Shown piece by piece: positions 27,448-37,200 of a stretch of 64,000 bases of DNA; position 1 is the stretch's first letter; the number at the start of each line of letters is the position of its first letter. The DNA lies in contig CAJTVJ010000005.1 of assembly GCA_910579785.1 (NCBI GenBank), positions 4,385 through 68,384 of the forward strand. The letters are read 5' to 3'. The notes beneath the pieces were generated by a model. The model worked only from the letters and a program-made list of their open reading frames with translations. It did not search any database and had not been told where the DNA came from. This stretch comes from an uncultured Christensenella sp. GTDB taxonomy: Bacteria; Bacillota; Clostridia; Christensenellales; UBA3700. A program made the position numbers and the translations under genes.

Positions 27448-28290
27448 TCATTCAGGTTTATCAAACATTATCTTGCCTAATTTACAATTCTTTATATCGC
27501 TTACTATCGCCTTTGCCGTGCGCTCGTAATCATAACCCTTTTTGCCAAGCAAAAAGCCGCGATTTTTTGCCACGTCATCAAAGACTTTGACCATATCTTC
27601 GTCGATATTTTCAAGCCTATAACGCTCGCAAAAAGCCTCTTTGTTGTTTTCCTTGCAATACTTGATTATCTCTATCGCAAGGTCGTCAAGGTGCAGTATA
27701 TCCTCTTTTATACTGCCGATAAATGCTAAGTGCAGCGCCTTTTGCTGATCCTCAAAAGCAGGCGGTAGCGCACCCGGGGTATCCAACAACTCTATGCCTT
27801 CTGCAAGGCTTACCCACTGCTTGCCGCGCGTCACTCCCGGACGGTTGCCGACCATAGCGCGCCTGTCCTTGCACAGACAGTTGATAAGCGTAGATTTGCC
27901 TGTATTAGGCACGCCTACCACCATTGCGCGTATACTCTTCTTAGCGCCCTTCTGCGCGTATCTTTCAAGCATTTGCGCATTGATAGATTTCAATTTGTCG
28001 ATTATCTGATTGCGCTGTCTGCCCGATATATTGTCGGCTATCACAAAAGCCTTTCCCTGTGATTTAAACCATTCGCTCCAAGCCTTTAAATCCTTTTGCT
28101 CGACAAGGTCGCTTTTTGTGAGAATATACAACGTGGGCTTGTCCTTTATCATGTCGTCGAACTTGGGATTTATGCACGACGATATCGCCCGACAGTCAAG
28201 CACGTATATTACGCAATCGACTTGTTTTACCACCTCTTGCATCATACGCATAGCCTTCGTCATGTGTCCCGGATACCATTGAATGTGCAT
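27448..28290 (-). CDS. rbgA: Ribosome biogenesis GTPase A (YlqF/RbgA)
   Basis: Circularly permuted GTPase: starts MHIQWYPGHMTKA, then G4-G1 order (LTKSDL ... VVGVPNTGKST). Confidence 0.93.
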   Translation of the reverse strand: MHIQWYPGHMTKAMRMMQEVVKQVDCVIYVLDCRAISSCINPKFDDMIKDKPTLYILTKSDLVEQKDLKAWSEWFKSQGKAFVIADNISGRQRNQIIDKLKSINAQMLERYAQKGAKKSIRAMVVGVPNTGKSTLINCLCKDRRAMVGNRPGVTRGKQWVSLAEGIELLDTPGALPPAFEDQQKALHLAFIGSIKEDILHLDDLAIEIIKYCKENNKEAFCERYRLENIDEDMVKVFDDVAKNRGFLLGKKGYDYERTAKAIVSDIKNCKLGKIMFDKPE

Positions 28291-28592
28291 TAAATATCTC
28301 CCTCTTCAAACATCTTGTCATACAAATCAAACACTTCAAAAATCACGTTGTCGTCAACGACTTCGTTGAGCTTTTGATTTTTTTCGTCAACCTCAAAGAC
28401 AATGCCGCTGCTCTCTAAATTGCCGTTGTCAAAGTCCTCTTTGCGCACCAATATGGCATACAACTTTTTGTCGTATGCAACCAACGCCATCTGTTCAAAA
28501 GGCTGTATTGAGCCGTCCTTATCGCTTTTGAGATACACCGTCTCCTGATTGTCCTCGTCCAACAACTGCTCTATCGCATTCTTGTATCGCAT
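28290..28592 (-). CDS. DUF1292-like small acidic protein
   Basis: 100 aa. Acidic, with the pattern ...FEQMALVAYDKKLYAILV...VFEVDE... typical of UPF0473/DUF1292 proteins of Bacillota. Confidence 0.7.
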   Translation of the reverse strand: MRYKNAIEQLLDEDNQETVYLKSDKDGSIQPFEQMALVAYDKKLYAILVRKEDFDNGNLESSGIVFEVDEKNQKLNEVVDDNVIFEVFDLYDKMFEEGDI

Positions 28593-28619
28593 AGTCGTCT
28601 CCTTTTATCTATATTTGTA

Positions 28620-29336
28620 TTATATGCCCTTGCTCTTGCGACCTCTTTTTGGCGCAGCGTTTTTATATGTGCTGTATAGGTCATAACGCCTTAGGCACGT
28701 GATTTTAAGCTGTTGATTTTTTCGCCATTTGGCTATCTGGGCATGATTGCCGCCAAGCAGCACTTCCGGCACGTCCATACCCTCAAAAGTCTGCGGACGC
28801 GTGTATTGCGGATATTCCAAAAGCCCGTCGGAAAAGCTTTCTTCCCCCACTGATTCGCTATTGCCCAGCACTCCGTCGACATACCGCCCGACGGCGTTTA
28901 TCAATACCATTGCAGGCAGCTCTCCGCCCGTCAAAACGTAATCGCCAATGGATATCTCTTCGTCGATGTCCAGCTGAATTATCCTCTCGTCAATGCCCTC
29001 GTAACTGCCGCATACCAACAAAAGTTCATCCTCTTTTGCCAGCCTTTCGACGATCTCTTGATTTAAAGTCTTACCCTTTGGCGACATATAAATGCGCTTT
29101 GCCTTATGCTCGCTGTCAAGATGATTTATCGCGTCGTGCAGCGGCTGAGGAGTCATCACCATTCCGGCTCCTCCGCCAAAAGGAGCGTCGTCGGTCTTCT
29201 TGTGCTTGTCCTTGGAATAATCGCGTATATTGACGACTTGCAGATCGATAAGCCCGTTTTGCCTTGCCTTGCCAAGCAAACCTATCTCCAAAGCGGAAAA
29301 CATCTCGGGAAATATCGTTGCGACTTTTATTTTCAT
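28620..29336 (-). CDS. trmD: tRNA (guanine37-N1)-methyltransferase
   Basis: Starts MKIKVATIFPEMF (ATG 29336-29334, AAGGAGAGG RBS). Contains the GGGAGMVM and VCGSYEGIDERI motifs. Confidence 0.95.
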   Translation of the reverse strand: MKIKVATIFPEMFSALEIGLLGKARQNGLIDLQVVNIRDYSKDKHKKTDDAPFGGGAGMVMTPQPLHDAINHLDSEHKAKRIYMSPKGKTLNQEIVERLAKEDELLLVCGSYEGIDERIIQLDIDEEISIGDYVLTGGELPAMVLINAVGRYVDGVLGNSESVGEESFSDGLLEYPQYTRPQTFEGMDVPEVLLGGNHAQIAKWRKNQQLKITCLRRYDLYSTYKNAAPKRGRKSKGI

Positions 29337-29388
29337 ACCCCTCTCCTTAAAAACAACAGGCACGCTTGATAAAAGGCGCGCCCGAATT

Positions 29389-29889
29389 TTATTCCTGTAT
29401 TGCCAAATCTTGCCATGCCGATTTGTCTAAGGTGATAAGTTTTTGAGATATATCCACTTGCTTGACCACCCTGTCGATGGCAGGTATCATATATCTCGCC
29501 TTTTCGCCCTGTATGACGTATACGTCGGCTGCGCCGTGCTGCAATACCTCGACTATCCTGCCTATAATATCGCCGCCGACAGACACATCGCAACCTATGA
29601 CGTCCACTATAAAATATCTGTCTTTGGGCAGCTCAACGGCGTCTTTTCTGTCAATGACAAGCTCTTTGCCGCGCAGCGTTTCCGCGCCGTTTCTGTCGAC
29701 AATACCCTCAATAGACATAAAAATCCCGTTGGGCAAAATCTTCACGCCCGACACCTTGCGACATACGCCGTCGATATATACTTGGCTCAACTTCTTAAAG
29801 CGCGAGACGTCGTCAGTCAAAGGCGCGATTTTCACTTCGCCTTTGACGCCTTGCGCCTTAGATATGACGCCGACAACAAGTCTATCCAT
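29389..29889 (-). CDS. rimM: 16S rRNA processing protein RimM
   Basis: 166 aa. GVKGEVKI PRC-barrel family pattern, in the conserved position upstream of trmD. Confidence 0.9.
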   Translation of the reverse strand: MDRLVVGVISKAQGVKGEVKIAPLTDDVSRFKKLSQVYIDGVCRKVSGVKILPNGIFMSIEGIVDRNGAETLRGKELVIDRKDAVELPKDRYFIVDVIGCDVSVGGDIIGRIVEVLQHGAADVYVIQGEKARYMIPAIDRVVKQVDISQKLITLDKSAWQDLAIQE

Positions 29890-29895
29890 CTGCCG

Positions 29896-30129
29896 TTATC
29901 TCTCGATTATCTCGACAGATACCTTGCGGGCGTCTTTGCCGCAAGCAGCCTTGACGATCGAACGTATAGCCTTGGCAATTCTGCCCTGCTTGCCTATTAT
30001 CTTGCCAATCTCTTCTTTGTCGGCATAGATGTTGATTACGTTTATGCCGTCCTCAACCTGCGACTTGACTTCAAAAGCCTCTTGATTGTCGACAAGATTG
30101 CTTACAATATACCTTACCAATTCTTCCAT
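29896..30129 (-). CDS. KH-domain RNA-binding protein (YlqC-like)
   Basis: 77 aa with the GKIIGKQGRIAKAIRSI KH motif. Lies between rpsP and rimM. Confidence 0.85.
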   Translation of the reverse strand: MEELVRYIVSNLVDNQEAFEVKSQVEDGINVINIYADKEEIGKIIGKQGRIAKAIRSIVKAACGKDARKVSVEIIER

Positions 30130-30140
30130 AAAAGCACCTA

Positions 30141-30386
30141 TTACTTAATGATATCCTGCTTTTTCAAAAGACCTCTTACGGTATCGGTAGGCTGTGCGCC
30201 GACGCTGAGCCAATAATTAGCTCTTTCGCTGTCTATTCTTACCTCTGCCGGATTCTTAGTAGCGTCATAATAACCGATGTTGTCAAGATACTGTCCGTCT
30301 CTTGCCTTTCTGCTGTCGATTGCTACAATACGGTAGAACGGAGCCTTCTTTGCGCCCATTCTTGTGAGTCTAAGTTTTACTGCCAT
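30141..30386 (-). CDS. rpsP: 30S ribosomal protein S16
   Basis: 81 aa starting [34 protein letters not shown]. Confidence 0.95.
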   Translation of the reverse strand: MAVKLRLTRMGAKKAPFYRIVAIDSRKARDGQYLDNIGYYDATKNPAEVRIDSERANYWLSVGAQPTDTVRGLLKKQDIIK

Positions 30387-30469
30387 TTTAGTTCTCCTTT
30401 GTTACGTCCTGTACGCGGACGTACTATATATAAATTTTGTTTTTTTATTTTATATCTATTTGATTAGGT

Positions 30470-30655
30470 TTTGGATTTCTCCATACTCTCATGCAAATCT
30501 TGCACACAACTCTTTCGCAAGTATAGTGCGAGTGCGGAGAGTGGTGTGATTTTCGCTTTATCAAAAGCGACCGAAGTGGACAGCGTACTTAGCGTACGTG
30601 CCGCTGAGCGTCGTCTTGCCGATTAAGCGGAAGGCGCGCCGCTATACGTGCTCGC
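30470..30655. repeat. Degenerate relic of the mosaic repeat family between ffh and rpsP
   Basis: Fragments resemble family modules: GGATTTCTCCAT (5' arm), GCGACCGAAGTGGA (reverse unit core) and GCTGAGCGTCGTC (L tail). A local hairpin TCGCTTT/AAAGCGA lies at about 30552-30570. Confidence 0.35.
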
Positions 30656-31990
30656 CTAAAAAGGGAGTTTCATACCGCGCATCCCCTTCCTCCCCATATT
30701 GGACATCTTCTGCATCATATCCTGCGTCTGCGCAAACTGTTTGAGCAAAGCGTTGACGTCTTGCACGTTGGTGCCGCTGCCCATCGCTATCCTGCGCTTT
30801 TGCGACGACTTGATGATCTCGGGATTTCTTCTTTCCTTGACGGTCATAGACTGTATTATCGCCTTTGACTTGGCAATCCTACTCTCGTCCACTTGCAAAT
30901 CTTTTCCGCCGAGTTTGCCTGCAAGTCCGGGTATCATAGACACCATCTGCGACATATCGCCCATGCTCTTCATCTTTTCTATTTGCGCCAGATAGTCCTC
31001 CAACGTAAATGAATTTGCCCTCAGCTTCTTTTGCATCTCCAAGGCTTCTTGCTCGCTGAATGCAGATTGCGCCTTTTCGATAAGCGTAAGCACGTCGCCC
31101 ATGCCTAATATTCTCGACGCCATTCTGTCTGGATAGAATATCTCTATGTCGCTAAGCTTTTCGCCTACGCCGCAGAATTTGATAGGTTTGCCCGTCACAG
31201 CTCTTATAGACAATGCCGCGCCGCCTCTCGTATCTCCGTCGAGTTTTGTCAGCACAACGCCCGTGACATCCATAACTTCGTTGAACTTCTGAGCAACGTT
31301 GACGGCGTCTTGACCCGTCATAGAGTCTACGACAAGCAATATCTCGTGCGGATTAAAATTCTTTTTAAGTCCGCTTATCTCGTCCATAAGCTCTTCGTCT
31401 ATATGCAATCTTCCCGCAGTGTCGACGATAAGTACGTCGTTGCCAGCGTATTCTGCCTGTTTTAAAGCCTCTTTGACTATCTTTTGCGGATTTATCTGTC
31501 CTTTTTCAAATACGGGCACAGCCGCATTCTTGCCCACTATCTGCAACTGCTTTATTGCCGCAGGTCTATATATGTCGCACGCAACAAGCAATGGATTCTT
31601 GCCCTGCTTGCGCAGCATCACGGCAAGTTTGCCGCACATAGTCGTCTTACCGCTTCCTTGCAGTCCGCACATCAATATAATAGTAGGAGGTTTGTCCGCG
31701 ATATTTATCTTGCTGTGGTCCTTGCCCATGATAGCTATAAGCTCTTCATTGACGACCTTTATAACCTGTTGAGTAGGATTAAGTCCTTTGAGTATGTCGT
31801 CTCCGACAGCCTTTTCGCTGACGTTGTTTATAAACTGCTTGACGACAGACAAGTTGACGTCAGCCTCCAAAAGCGCTATACGCACCTCTCTCATTGCCTG
31901 CTTTACTTCAAGCTCGGTGAGTTTGCCCTTGTCTTTCATCTTGGAAAATATATGCGACAGTCTTTCGCTAAGTCCGCTGAACGCTCCCAT
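30656..31990 (-). CDS. ffh: Signal recognition particle protein Ffh
   Basis: 444 aa with GLQGSGKTT, DTAGRL and a Met-rich M domain. Confidence 0.97.
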   Translation of the reverse strand: MGAFSGLSERLSHIFSKMKDKGKLTELEVKQAMREVRIALLEADVNLSVVKQFINNVSEKAVGDDILKGLNPTQQVIKVVNEELIAIMGKDHSKINIADKPPTIILMCGLQGSGKTTMCGKLAVMLRKQGKNPLLVACDIYRPAAIKQLQIVGKNAAVPVFEKGQINPQKIVKEALKQAEYAGNDVLIVDTAGRLHIDEELMDEISGLKKNFNPHEILLVVDSMTGQDAVNVAQKFNEVMDVTGVVLTKLDGDTRGGAALSIRAVTGKPIKFCGVGEKLSDIEIFYPDRMASRILGMGDVLTLIEKAQSAFSEQEALEMQKKLRANSFTLEDYLAQIEKMKSMGDMSQMVSMIPGLAGKLGGKDLQVDESRIAKSKAIIQSMTVKERRNPEIIKSSQKRRIAMGSGTNVQDVNALLKQFAQTQDMMQKMSNMGRKGMRGMKLPF

Positions 31991-32008
31991 TTTTCCTCCT
32001 TTCTATCC

Positions 32009-32332
32009 TCAATCGTTGAGGACGTCCGCCAATCTCTTTAATATTTCTTGTCCCTTTGGGTCAACAACGTCTTTCAACTCCTGAATATACGTCATTGCCT
32101 TTTCGTTCTTCTCGACAAGCCCAAGCTTGCTTTCATACCCTTCAAGCTGTCTCTCCGCTCTCTTTAAAGCGTCTCTCACACCCTGCGGAGATATGCCGTG
32201 CTCTTCGGCAAGTTCGCTAAGCGACATATCATGGTTGTAATATCCGTCGATAAGTCCTCTTTGATAGTCTGTCAACAGACTGCCGTAGTAATCGTTGTAT
32301 ATACTGATAAATAGTCTGTCTTTCTTTTCCAT
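32009..32332 (-). CDS. ylxM: YlxM-family putative DNA-binding protein (UPF0122)
   Basis: 107 aa. Contains LLTDYQRGLIDGYYNHDMSLSELAEEHGISPQGVRDALKRAE. In the conserved position upstream of ffh. Confidence 0.85.
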   Translation of the reverse strand: MEKKDRLFISIYNDYYGSLLTDYQRGLIDGYYNHDMSLSELAEEHGISPQGVRDALKRAERQLEGYESKLGLVEKNEKAMTYIQELKDVVDPKGQEILKRLADVLND

Positions 32333-32374
32333 AGCCTTAAAGCACTTGTACTTTATAAAGTATTTTGCCTTTAT

Positions 32375-32403
32375 ATCTTAACACGTCGATTTTTAAATGT
32401 CAA
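32375..32403 (-). promoter_or_regulatory. Sigma-A-type promoter of ylxM-ffh
   Basis: Minus strand: TTGACA (32403-32398), 17-nt spacer, TAAGAT (32380-32375). Confidence 0.5.
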
Positions 32404-32430
32404 GGAATATTTATATGTTTTTAATTATAT

Positions 32431-32475
32431 ATTTGTTGAGATTTCTCCGTTTACTACGTTTAAATCGAGCTGACT
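32431..32475. repeat. Degenerate forward hairpin unit (TT 5' arm) of the mosaic family
   Basis: ATTTGTTGAGATTTCTCCGTTTACTACGTTTAAATCGAGCTGAC. The 3' arm is decayed. Confidence 0.7.
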
Positions 32476-32549
32476 GCATAAGTTATTTAATTTAACAATT
32501 AGTAACAGCAAACTCGTATTTATCAACTTATTATTGAGGTTTTTTAAAT

Positions 32550-32645
32550 TATTGAACAATGTTCAATATAAATAAATTAAGCTAGTATTTGATAGCAAGG
32601 TTAATAATTAATAATCAGATAAGTATATTGAACATTGTTCAATAT
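32550..32645. promoter_or_regulatory. Two copies of a palindromic site TATTGAAC-N3-GTTCAATA, 76 bp apart centre to centre, in mutually inverted orientation
   Basis: 32550-32568 TATTGAACAATGTTCAATA (8-bp arms) and 32625-32645 ATATTGAACATTGTTCAATAT (9-bp arms). They share a 20-nt core. Confidence 0.45.
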
Positions 32646-32665
32646 GCTAAAAGCCGAGTTAAATA

Positions 32666-32821
32666 TTCACAAGGATGAGATTTCTCCGCTTCGCTCGTAA
32701 GGAGCGTAAGCGACGGCATAGCGAGCCAGCGATAGCGTCTTGGGCGAGCGTCAATGACGATTTACTCCAATACTTGTAAGTAAATATTTAGTCACCTCGA
32801 CTAATATTGAGAGGTCTAAGC
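32666..32821. repeat. Mosaic repeat cluster E: H-L unit (TT 5' arm, AATGAC 3' arm) + reverse hairpin (CC/GG)
   Basis: H-L 32666-32770 TTCACAAGGATGAGATTTCTCCGC...CGTAAGGAGCG...GAGCGTCAATGACGATT; reverse H 32789-32821 AGTCACCTCGACTAATATTGAGAGGTCTAAG. Confidence 0.9.
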
Positions 32822-32831
32822 AATATGATAA

Positions 32832-32858
32832 AGCCCGAATGACAAAATCATTCGGGCT
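32832..32858 (-). terminator. Hairpin terminator downstream of ftsY
   Basis: 11-bp perfect stem AGCCCGAATGA / TCATTCGGGCT with loop CAAAA. The following T tract on the minus strand is only modest. Confidence 0.65.
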
Positions 32859-32880
32859 ACTCAATTCACATTATTTTCTA

Positions 32881-33774
32881 TTAAAATAACTCGTCTATAA
32901 AGAACTTGGCGTCAAATTCAAGCAAATCGTCAATACCTTCGCCAACACCTATAAAACAAACGGGCAATTCTTTTTCGACAGAGATAGCAAAGACTACTCC
33001 GCCCTTTGCCGTTCCGTCAAGCTTATTAAGGATAATGCCGTCCATATCAATTATTTCGTCAAATGCCTCTACCTGCGACAGCGCGTTTTGTCCTGTCGTA
33101 GCGTCTATAACTATATAGGTGCGATAATCGGCGTCGGGATATTCTCTTTCGACAACTTTGTTTATCTTGCCCAGCTCATTCATGAGGTTTTTCTTATTCT
33201 GCAATCTTCCTGCGGTGTCTATCAATACAACGTCGGTATCCTTTGCCTTTGCCGATTTTATCGCGTCATATACCACAGCGGCAGGATCGCTGCCTTCGTC
33301 GTGCTTGATTATACGCACCTTTGCTCTCTCAGCCCATACTTCCAACTGTTCGCCTGCTGCGGCTCTAAACGTATCGGCAGCCGCCAAAACTACGCTCTTG
33401 CCCTTATTGCGAAAATACTTGGCTAGCTTGCCTATTGCAGTCGTCTTGCCGACTCCGTTGACTCCTGCCACCAACAAAACCAACGGATAAGAATATTCCT
33501 CGATATCGTAATTTATAGCGTCGACCATGATGCTTTTGAGCAAGTCCTTTGCATCGTCGGTCTTCTTTATCTTCTTTTTAAAACAAGCATCCTTAAAATC
33601 GGCAATAATCTGTTCGGTTGCCTCAACTCCCAAATCGGAAGTGATAAGAGCATTTTCGAGTTCTTCATAAAACTCATCGTCAAGCTCTCTTCCTGCAAAA
33701 AGTTGATATATCTTCTTTGAAAAAGCTTCTTTTGTACGTTTTAAACCCTTTAAAAGTTTATCAAAAAATCCCAT
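32881..33774 (-). CDS. ftsY: Signal recognition particle receptor FtsY
   Basis: 297 aa with GVNGVGKTT, DTAGRL and LNKLDGTAKGG. Confidence 0.95.
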   Translation of the reverse strand: MGFFDKLLKGLKRTKEAFSKKIYQLFAGRELDDEFYEELENALITSDLGVEATEQIIADFKDACFKKKIKKTDDAKDLLKSIMVDAINYDIEEYSYPLVLLVAGVNGVGKTTAIGKLAKYFRNKGKSVVLAAADTFRAAAGEQLEVWAERAKVRIIKHDEGSDPAAVVYDAIKSAKAKDTDVVLIDTAGRLQNKKNLMNELGKINKVVEREYPDADYRTYIVIDATTGQNALSQVEAFDEIIDMDGIILNKLDGTAKGGVVFAISVEKELPVCFIGVGEGIDDLLEFDAKFFIDELF

Positions 33775-33805
33775 ATAGATAACTCCTTTTATTTTTATCT
33801 AGCAT

Positions 33806-34173
33806 GCTAAAATGTACGCTTGCTCAATATTTTATCGGTACTTTTTTAAATCGATTAGACCTCTCCACTGCGGTCGAGGTGACTAAATTTTTTACTACAA
33901 ACACCAAGATTTGGTCATTTCGACCGAAGTGGAGAAATCTAAACCTTTTATTAACTCGTTGAGACTTCTCCGTTCCACTACGTTTCAGTCGAAGTGACTA
34001 ATCTATGCTTATAGCGCACCACACTTTGGTCACCTCGACCAACGCGGAGAGGTCTAATCATTTTTTTATATTTCACAAGGTTGAGATTTCTCCGCTACGC
34101 TATCGCCTCGGTCGTAAGGAGCGAAAGCGACGGCATAGCGAGGGGCAGATGCGTCTCGTGCGAGCGTCAATGA
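33806..34173. repeat. Mosaic repeat cluster F between smc and ftsY: K tail + five hairpin units in alternating orientation, the last with an L insert
   Basis: Units: K tail 33806-33847; H CC 33848-33884; reverse H TT 33911-33945; H CT 33951-33999; reverse H CC 34026-34059; H-L TT 34071-34173. Confidence 0.9.
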
Positions 34174-34212
34174 CGATTACATCTTATTCTCACAATTTCA
34201 CACGTAATTACC

Positions 34213-37200
34213 TTACGCATTAGGATCAGAATGCTTGACAGCGTCCGCCAAATTGACGGCAACGACCTTAGATACGCCCTTTTCCTGCATGGTTACGCCG
34301 TAAAGTCTGTCTGCAAGTTCCATTGTCGGCTTACGGTGAGTAATGACTATAAATTGCGTTTCGTCACTAAATCTTTTGAGATACTGCGCAAATACGCCCA
34401 CGTTGGCATCGTCCAAAGCAGCTTCGATTTCGTCAAGCACGCAGAACGGCATAGCTTTGAGTTTTAGTATTGCAAAAAGTATCGCCATAGCCGTAAGAGC
34501 TTTTTCTCCACCGCTCAAAAGCGTGATGGACTGCAATTTCTTGCCGGGAGGCTCTGCCATTATTTCAATACCGGCGTCAAGTTCTGACTGACCTTCTTCC
34601 GGCGGCAACAATACTAGTTTGCCCGATCCGCCTCCAAATAGTTCTTTAAATATCAATTCAAAGTTGCGGTTTATTTTGACAAATTCACTGTTGAACTGCG
34701 TAAGTATTTGCTTTGACAACTGAGCTATGAGCGTCTTCAAATCGTTGAGAGTCTTCTCTAAGTCCTCAATCTCCGTAACGTACTCTTGATATTGCTCGTC
34801 GACCGTCTTAAAATCCTGTATGGATTCTAAGTTAATGCTTCCCAAATCTCTCTGGGCCTTGGTCAATCTGCGTATCTCCTGTCTGCAAAGAGTTATATCT
34901 ATCTCTTCCATCTTGAAAGGCAATGCCGACTCATAGTCAAGATTGTATTCTTCCTTCATCTTAGTCTGCATAGCTATCATAGATTCTTCTATTCTTGCAA
35001 GATCGTTTTCGCACTTGATCTTATGTTCGTTGATAGACATAAGCGACTTGCCAAGCTCATCTTTCTTTGCAACCAACTCTCCGATAAGAGCCTGCAACTT
35101 TATCTTATATGCGTCGGTCTCGTCGATTTGCTCGGTTATCTCGTCAAGCTGACTTTGATACTTTTCGGGAAGTTCTACGTTCTTGTCGCTGGTTATCTTG
35201 ACAATGATATCTTGCAGATTGGCAAGATTGTCTCTTTGCGAAGTTCTTTCTTCGTTGTGAGCGTTGAGCTCTTCTTTAAGTCTTTCGATATTTTCTAAAT
35301 CGTTGTCGATTATCGTCTGCAACGTACTGCAACGCACTCTCAGCTGCGCCAGCTTTTCGCTGAGTTCGTCTCTCAACTTGGTCTTAGAGTCATATTCCTC
35401 TCTCGTCTTTGACGCCAAAGTGTTGACGTTGAGCTTCACGTCGCTGAAATCCTTGCCCTTTTCACCGAGTATCGCAAGCGCATTGTCAATAGATTCAAGC
35501 CTCAATTCAAAGTCGTTCTTTGAACTCATTCTCTCATTGATGAGCGCCAAGTTGCTTGCGATATTTGCCTCGACTCTTTCAAGTTTGGTACGCTCTGTCG
35601 CGACAGCTATCTGCGCGCTGTTGAATTCGCTGGTATATTCGTCAAACTGTTCTTGATATACTTCCAAATCTTCGTCGGAACTGTCGAGTTTTTTCTCCAA
35701 CCTCGCCTTTTCTTCATTGAGTTGCTTTATTCTCTTTTCGTCCTCTTCAATTATTCTCTCATATGAAAGAGCTTTGTTGGAAGACGACTTTCTCGATCCG
35801 CCCGTGATAGCGCCCGTCGTGGCAAGCACATCGCCTTGCAACGTGACTATCCTCACGGAATATCTATACTTTCTTGCTATTGCGGTAGCATTGTCAAGGT
35901 TGTCGACAATTATCGTTCTGCCAAGCAAATTAGAAAATACTCTATAATATTTTTGATCGTAACCAACGAGTTGGTCCGCAAGTCCAATACAACCTCTTTC
36001 GTTGAGAATACCGCTCAATTCTCTTTCCAACTCTCTCGTCTTGACGCTTGTGAGAGGAAGGAAAGTCATTCTTCCATACTGATTTTCTTTGAGATAATTG
36101 ATGACGTACTTGGCGTCTTCTTCGTTCTCAACGACGATATTTTGAATGGCGTTGCCAAGCAACATCTCTATTGCGGTCTCATACTCCTTTGGCACGGTTA
36201 TCAAATCGACGACAACGCCCAAAACTCTGCGTTGAAGCTGCGGATTGCGTTCTCTGTCATTCATCAAAAGTTTGACCGAGCTGCTGAAAGTGCCGTAGTC
36301 CTTTTTCAAGCTTACGTATGTGTCTCTATGCTGTTTGCAAGCAGAAATCGCAGCGTTTAATTCGCCAAGCTTGCTTCTTGCCATATCGACTTCTTCTCTC
36401 AGCTTGCGCATATTGCTCAACACGTCGTTGCGGCTGTCGCCCAATCTTTTGAGGTCGTTGTTCTTCTTGAAAAGCGAACTCTCGTAATCCGTCTTTGACG
36501 CTTCGAGTTCTTTCAAGGTCTTGTCGTATTCGGTTATCTCCTCGTTGAGTTCTGCAATACGGCTGAGAATAAACTCCTTTTGAGCGTTGAGTTTTCCCAT
36601 ATCGACTTTGGTCTCGCCTGCCTGTTCTACCGCATTTAAAAGCTCTTGATTGGCGGCCTTTATCTTCTCGTCCCTGTCAAGTATATCCTTGACGATGGTG
36701 ACGTATTCGTTATTGCAATTACCGAATTGCTTATCGGCGTCACGCTTGTCCTCGACAGCCATATTATAGTGTTCCTGCACAGTTTTGAGTTCTGCATTCT
36801 TCTCTTCTATCGCCGACTCGCTCTTTTTAAGACGCTCTAAGCAAGTCTGCTTTTGAGCGTTAAGTCCGTTGATGCGCTCTTGCAAACTCATACCTTGACC
36901 TTTGATATTTTCTGCCTTTACGGCTATCTCGGTACGCTTATCTCTCAGCTTATTTATCCTGACGTCTATATTATGCAGCTCTATCTGGCGCTTATTAAAC
37001 TCAGCGCCGAGGTCTTCGCTCTCTTTTGATTTTTGTTCGTACTCTTCGATATATCCTTTGAGCTTGGTCTCTATCTTATTCTTATTGCCCTCGTGATTTT
37101 CATATTGATATATGTAGTCGTTGGCTTCCAACACTTTGAGCTGGTCTCTTATTTCCAAATAAGAACGGGCCGCCTTACTTTGACGCTCCAAGTTGTTGCG

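Noticed and set aside
30387-30655. SRP RNA or another ncRNA next to ffh
   Set aside because: I could not find the conserved SRP domain IV motifs. The segment resembles decayed copies of the local repeat family.
32550-32645. LexA/DinR (Cheo box) SOS operators
   Set aside because: The Cheo box is GAAC-N4-GTTC, while both sites here are GAAC-N3-GTTC. The downstream genes (ylxM-ffh) are not SOS genes.
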